Source: an uncultured Verrucomicrobiae bacterium
Lineage (GTDB): Bacteria; Verrucomicrobiota; Verrucomicrobiia; Opitutales; JABDGR01
Assembly: GCA_963765205.1 (NCBI GenBank)
Contig: CAVXVB010000009.1
Coordinates: forward strand, 817,425-881,424
Length of the DNA stretch: 64,000 bases
Direction: 5' to 3'
Shown: piece by piece, positions 60,576 through 64,000 of the stretch
How the letters are laid out: every line of letters begins with the position of its first letter
Position numbering within the stretch: position 1 is the stretch's first letter
Program-made: the position numbers and the translations under genes
The notes under the pieces: model-generated
Databases searched by the model: none
What the model saw: only the letters and a program-made list of their open reading frames with translations
Told to the model about the DNA's origin: nothing

Positions 60576-61568
60576 ATGCCCGCCGCCCTTCCCGAATTGA
60601 ACTACGAACCGCACGTCCTCGCGCCCGCGCGGGGCGGGCCGGCGCCGTTGTCGGCGTTGCAGCAGGAGGTGCTGCGCCTCAAGCGCGAGCGCCGGGCCGT
60701 CATCCTCGCGCATAATTACCAGGTCGAGGAAATCCAGCGCGTGGCGGATTTCGTGGGCGATTCGCTGGGCTTGTCCTACGAGGCGGCCAAGGCCGATGCG
60801 GAGGTCATCGCTTTTTGCGGCGTCCACTTCATGGCGGAGACGGCGAAAATCGTGAATCCCGGCAAAATTGTGCTGCTGCCGGACCTCGCCGCGGGATGCT
60901 CGCTATCGGACTCATGCCCGGCGGAAAAACTGGCCGCCTATAAAGCCGCGCACCCAGGCCTCTACGTGGTCGCCTACATCAATTGCTCGGCGGCGGTGAA
61001 GGCGCTCAGCGACGTGATCGTGACGAGCAGCAACGCGGTGAAAATCGTACAACGCGTGCCGCCGGAGCGGGAGATTTTGTTCGTGCCCGACCAGAACCTG
61101 GGCCAGTGGGTCGCGCAACAGACGGGAAGGGCCATGCGCCTGTGGCCGGGGAGTTGCTACGCGCACGTCCTGTTCACCGTGCGCGCCCTCGAAAAAATCA
61201 AATTGAAGTTTCCCGGCGCACCGGTCGTCGCCCACCCGGAATGCGTGCTGGCCGTGCGCGATCTGGCGGATGAGGTTTGCAGCACGGAAAAAATGGTGGC
61301 GTTCTGCCGCAACAATCCGGCGCCGGCCTTCATCGTGGCGACCGAGTCGGGCATGATGCACCGGCTGCACCGCGAAATCCCGGACAAAACCTTCATCGCC
61401 GCGCCGACGGACAAATGCGCGTGCAACGACTGCCGCTTCATGAAACTCAACACGCTGGAAAAGCTGCACGCCTGCCTGCGGGACTTGCAACCCCGCATCG
61501 AGTTGCCGCCGGACATCCTCGAGCAGGCGCGGGCGCCGATCCAGCGGATGCTCGACTGGAGCCGGTGA
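60576..61568 (+). CDS. nadA: Quinolinate synthase
   Basis: LAHNYQ, GDSL, FCGVHFMAETAK, AGCSL, AHPEC. Confidence 0.96.
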   Translation: MPAALPELNYEPHVLAPARGGPAPLSALQQEVLRLKRERRAVILAHNYQVEEIQRVADFVGDSLGLSYEAAKADAEVIAFCGVHFMAETAKIVNPGKIVLLPDLAAGCSLSDSCPAEKLAAYKAAHPGLYVVAYINCSAAVKALSDVIVTSSNAVKIVQRVPPEREILFVPDQNLGQWVAQQTGRAMRLWPGSCYAHVLFTVRALEKIKLKFPGAPVVAHPECVLAVRDLADEVCSTEKMVAFCRNNPAPAFIVATESGMMHRLHREIPDKTFIAAPTDKCACNDCRFMKLNTLEKLHACLRDLQPRIELPPDILEQARAPIQRMLDWSR

Positions 61569-61581
61569 ACCTTTGCCAGCC

Positions 61582-61836
61582 ATGCCTCCGCCGTATCAGG
61601 TCAGTTTCAAACCACGCGCCCTGAATGACCTTGCCGCGCTGCCTCAGGCTGGCGCGGCCCGAGTCATGGAGCGCTTGGGCCATCTCGCCCAAGGTCTGCC
61701 CGCCGACGTAAAGAAATTATCCCAGCAGGAACCCGGCTACCGCCTGCGCTCCGGTGAATGGCGCGCCTTGTTTGATCTCGACAGCCAGCAAATCACCGTT
61801 TACCGTGTCTTGCATCGCCGCGAGGCTTACCGATGA
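61582..61836 (+). CDS. RelE/ParE-family toxin
   Basis: DVKKL...YRLRSGEWRALF...HRREAYR. Confidence 0.88.
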   Translation: MPPPYQVSFKPRALNDLAALPQAGAARVMERLGHLAQGLPADVKKLSQQEPGYRLRSGEWRALFDLDSQQITVYRVLHRREAYR

Positions 61837-62036
61837 GCGCCCCATCCCTCCATCCCCGCTACATTGAAGAGGACGGCAAAAAAACCTTTGTGGTTCTGCC
61901 GTATGATGAGTTTGTGGGCCTGCAGGAGCACTTGGAAGATGCCGAAGATTTGCGCATTATCCGTCGCGAGCGGGAAATTTCCCGTTCGGAACCGACGCTT
62001 TCACTGGATGAAGTCAGGCGGCGTTTGGGTCTGTAA
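61833..62036 (+). CDS. Cognate antitoxin
   Basis: ATGA overlap with the toxin; VVLPYDEF...LEDAEDL...SLDEVRRRLGL. Confidence 0.8.
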   Translation: MSAPSLHPRYIEEDGKKTFVVLPYDEFVGLQEHLEDAEDLRIIRREREISRSEPTLSLDEVRRRLGL

Positions 62037-62129
62037 ATTGTCGCCCATGCTCGACTGGAGCCGCTAACGCAAAAGGACCATTTTATCATGGCGCGGGCCG
62101 GGGGTTGTGTTCATTATCCCGCTTCAAGC

Positions 62130-62606
62130 ATGAAATCAAACCCCTCAACTTGGACGACTGCCGCAGCGCGGTCGCTAGCCGGCCTGTTGGCGGCCGGGGC
62201 GCTGCTTTTCGCCGGTGCTTGCAGCGACGGGCCGAACAGCGACGTGGAGGAGACGGTGCAAATCATTTCCGCGCCGGCCAACGCCAAAGTGACGATTGAT
62301 GGCGTGGACTCCGGCACCACGCCCATCCCGGCCGTGCTGGGCAAAGACCGCGAGACGCACGTCGTCATCAGCAAGCCGGGGTTTGCGCCCGCGGACATTT
62401 ACGTCCATGTGCAGGACGGGCACCTGACACCAAACCCGGTGGACGTGAAACTGCGCTGCGAATTGCTGCCCGACAAACCCGGCCCGAATCGCGCGGCCGA
62501 GCTGGCCACCTGCCTGGAAAATTTGAAGAAATACGTCGCCATCGGCAACATCGTGCCGGAGGACGAGGCCTATGCGGAGGCGCAAATCCGGGAGTTTTAT
62601 AAGTGA
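62130..62606 (+). CDS. PEGA-domain lipoprotein
   Basis: Lipobox FAGAC; SAPANAKVTIDG...GTTP. Confidence 0.8.
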   Translation: MKSNPSTWTTAAARSLAGLLAAGALLFAGACSDGPNSDVEETVQIISAPANAKVTIDGVDSGTTPIPAVLGKDRETHVVISKPGFAPADIYVHVQDGHLTPNPVDVKLRCELLPDKPGPNRAAELATCLENLKKYVAIGNIVPEDEAYAEAQIREFYK

Positions 62607-62632
62607 AGTGCCTCAGTGCCTTCTTCAAAAAA

Positions 62633-62708
62633 TGGAGCCGGCAGTCGGACTCGAACCGACGACCTACGGTTTACAAAACCGTAGCTCTACCAACTGAGCT
62701 ATGCCGGC
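62633..62708 (-). tRNA. tRNA-Thr(TGT)
   Basis: GCCGGCA/TGCCGGC stem, loop TTTGTAA, GTTCGAGTC, CCA. Confidence 0.97.
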
Positions 62709-64000
62709 AAATTGCTTATAAGCAACGAGTTATAAAATAGATTTTTGACCCTAAAATAGTAGTTGTCACCCGTTCGTGTAACTCGGTAGTATTCGGGCAT
62801 GAAATCCCCACAAAAAAAACCCCGCCCGCCAGGATGGGCGAACGTATTCCAAGGTAGCTGAGTGCCTGTATCGAAGTGACGCATCAGGCATATATTATGC
62901 ACTGCTCAAAAAGAGCGGCAAGCAAATCCGCCGGTCCCTCAAGACCGATGATCGCAAGTTGGCGGAACGTCGCTTGGCTGAATTCCGCGAAAAGGTTGAC
63001 CGGCTCGACCTCGGCGAAGGCAAGACCCGCCTGACCTTTGACGAAGTGGCGGCGCGGTGGCTGGATTCCCTGCGGTCGCATCTCAAGCCATCCTCGGCGC
63101 TGCGCCGGGAAACCAGCCTCAAGCAACTGCGCCCCACCTTCGGAGCCGTCCCAGTGCGCAGCATTATCCGCCTGCAATGCGAAGAGTGGGCCAAGCATCG
63201 TAGCCCGCAGATCGCGGCCTCCACCTTCAACAATGAGCGGGAAACCATGCTCTCGGTGCTGGAATACGCGCAGCGGGAAGGGTTGATCATGGACAATCCG
63301 GCCAAGGTCATCGGTCGCCGCAAGCTTGGCAAGACAACCGTGCTCATTCCCAGCCGGGAGCAATTCGAAAAGCTGGTTGCCACCCTGCGCGGTCTCGACA
63401 TCCGCTACCAGGACGCCGCCGATTTTATCGAACTCCTAGCATACTCCGGGATGCGTAAGGCAGAAGCCAACGCCTTCGGCCTGGCTGACGTGGATTTTGA
63501 GCGCGGGAGCTTCAACGTTACTGGCGGCGAGCTCGGCACCAAAAACCACGAAATGCGTGTGGTCCCGCTCTTTCCCGTCTTCCGCGCGTTCGTTCAACGC
63601 CTCCAAACACAAAGCCCGCGTCCGGCAGATAAACCGCTGGTGCCGATCCTCGACGGCAAGAACGCTTTGGACACCGCTTGCAAGCTCAACGGTTACCCGC
63701 ACTTTACGAATCATTGCATGAGACACTTTTTTGTCAGTAATGCGCTTGAAAAGGGCGTTGAATTCAAGACCATAGCTGCTTGGGTCGGCCACAAGGACGG
63801 CGGCTTGCTCGTCGCCAAAACCTACGGCCACCTCCGCGATACCCACTCTTTCGAAATGGCCAAAAGAATTACTTTATGAATGCAGAAGCAGAAGCCCAGA
63901 AAAATCGGCACCTCCGAGAGTTTTTGGAGACCAAAGCTGCAAGTGCCGTTTCTGGAGCTTCGCGAGATCGCGTAGATGGCTCGGAGGCCCCGCCAACAAA
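62709..64000. mobile_element. Start of a third integrative element at tRNA-Thr (extends beyond the right edge)
   Basis: Integrase adjacent to the tRNA; att-adjacent motif shared with 7503-7529; next ORF coupled by ATGA at 63876. Confidence 0.6.
62799..63879 (+). CDS. Tyrosine integrase (probable 1-bp frameshift near A8 at 62812-62819)
   Basis: SGMRKAE, HCMRHFF, WVGHKD, KTYGH; the frame is open upstream of TTG 62959 (KVAECLYR...RRSLKT) and ATG 62799 is off by one base. Confidence 0.88.

Overview
GC-rich bacterial chromosome window; gene content suggests Verrucomicrobiota/Opitutales (inference). Bases 1-13.8 kb hold two tandem elements integrated at the 3' end of tRNA-Ser(GGA). The outer one carries a MOBF relaxase, palindrome arrays and an integrase broken by a stop codon. 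The inner ~6.2 kb element carries a rolling-circle Rep, AT-rich cargo, an HTH/Xis pair and an integrase whose frame runs through the att site. The best candidate for a new system is this inner element: excision could swap the integrase C-terminus (host-derived ...AAKAA tail for an element-encoded 66-aa tail) and place rep at the end of the xis-int operon. The core region contains nuoB-N, a kinase, tRNA-Leu, a MidA-like methyltransferase, ctpA, tsaD, cysI, a FabF-like gene with an ACP-FabZ fusion, an ECF sigma cluster, a dif-like site, a SulP/tandem-Adk/PPK2 cluster, cysE, priA, a Fur-family gene and nadA. It ends with a TA cassette that duplicates the nadA 3' end, tRNA-Thr and a third integrase. 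Several 1-bp frameshifts, including one in nuoC, suggest assembly indel errors.
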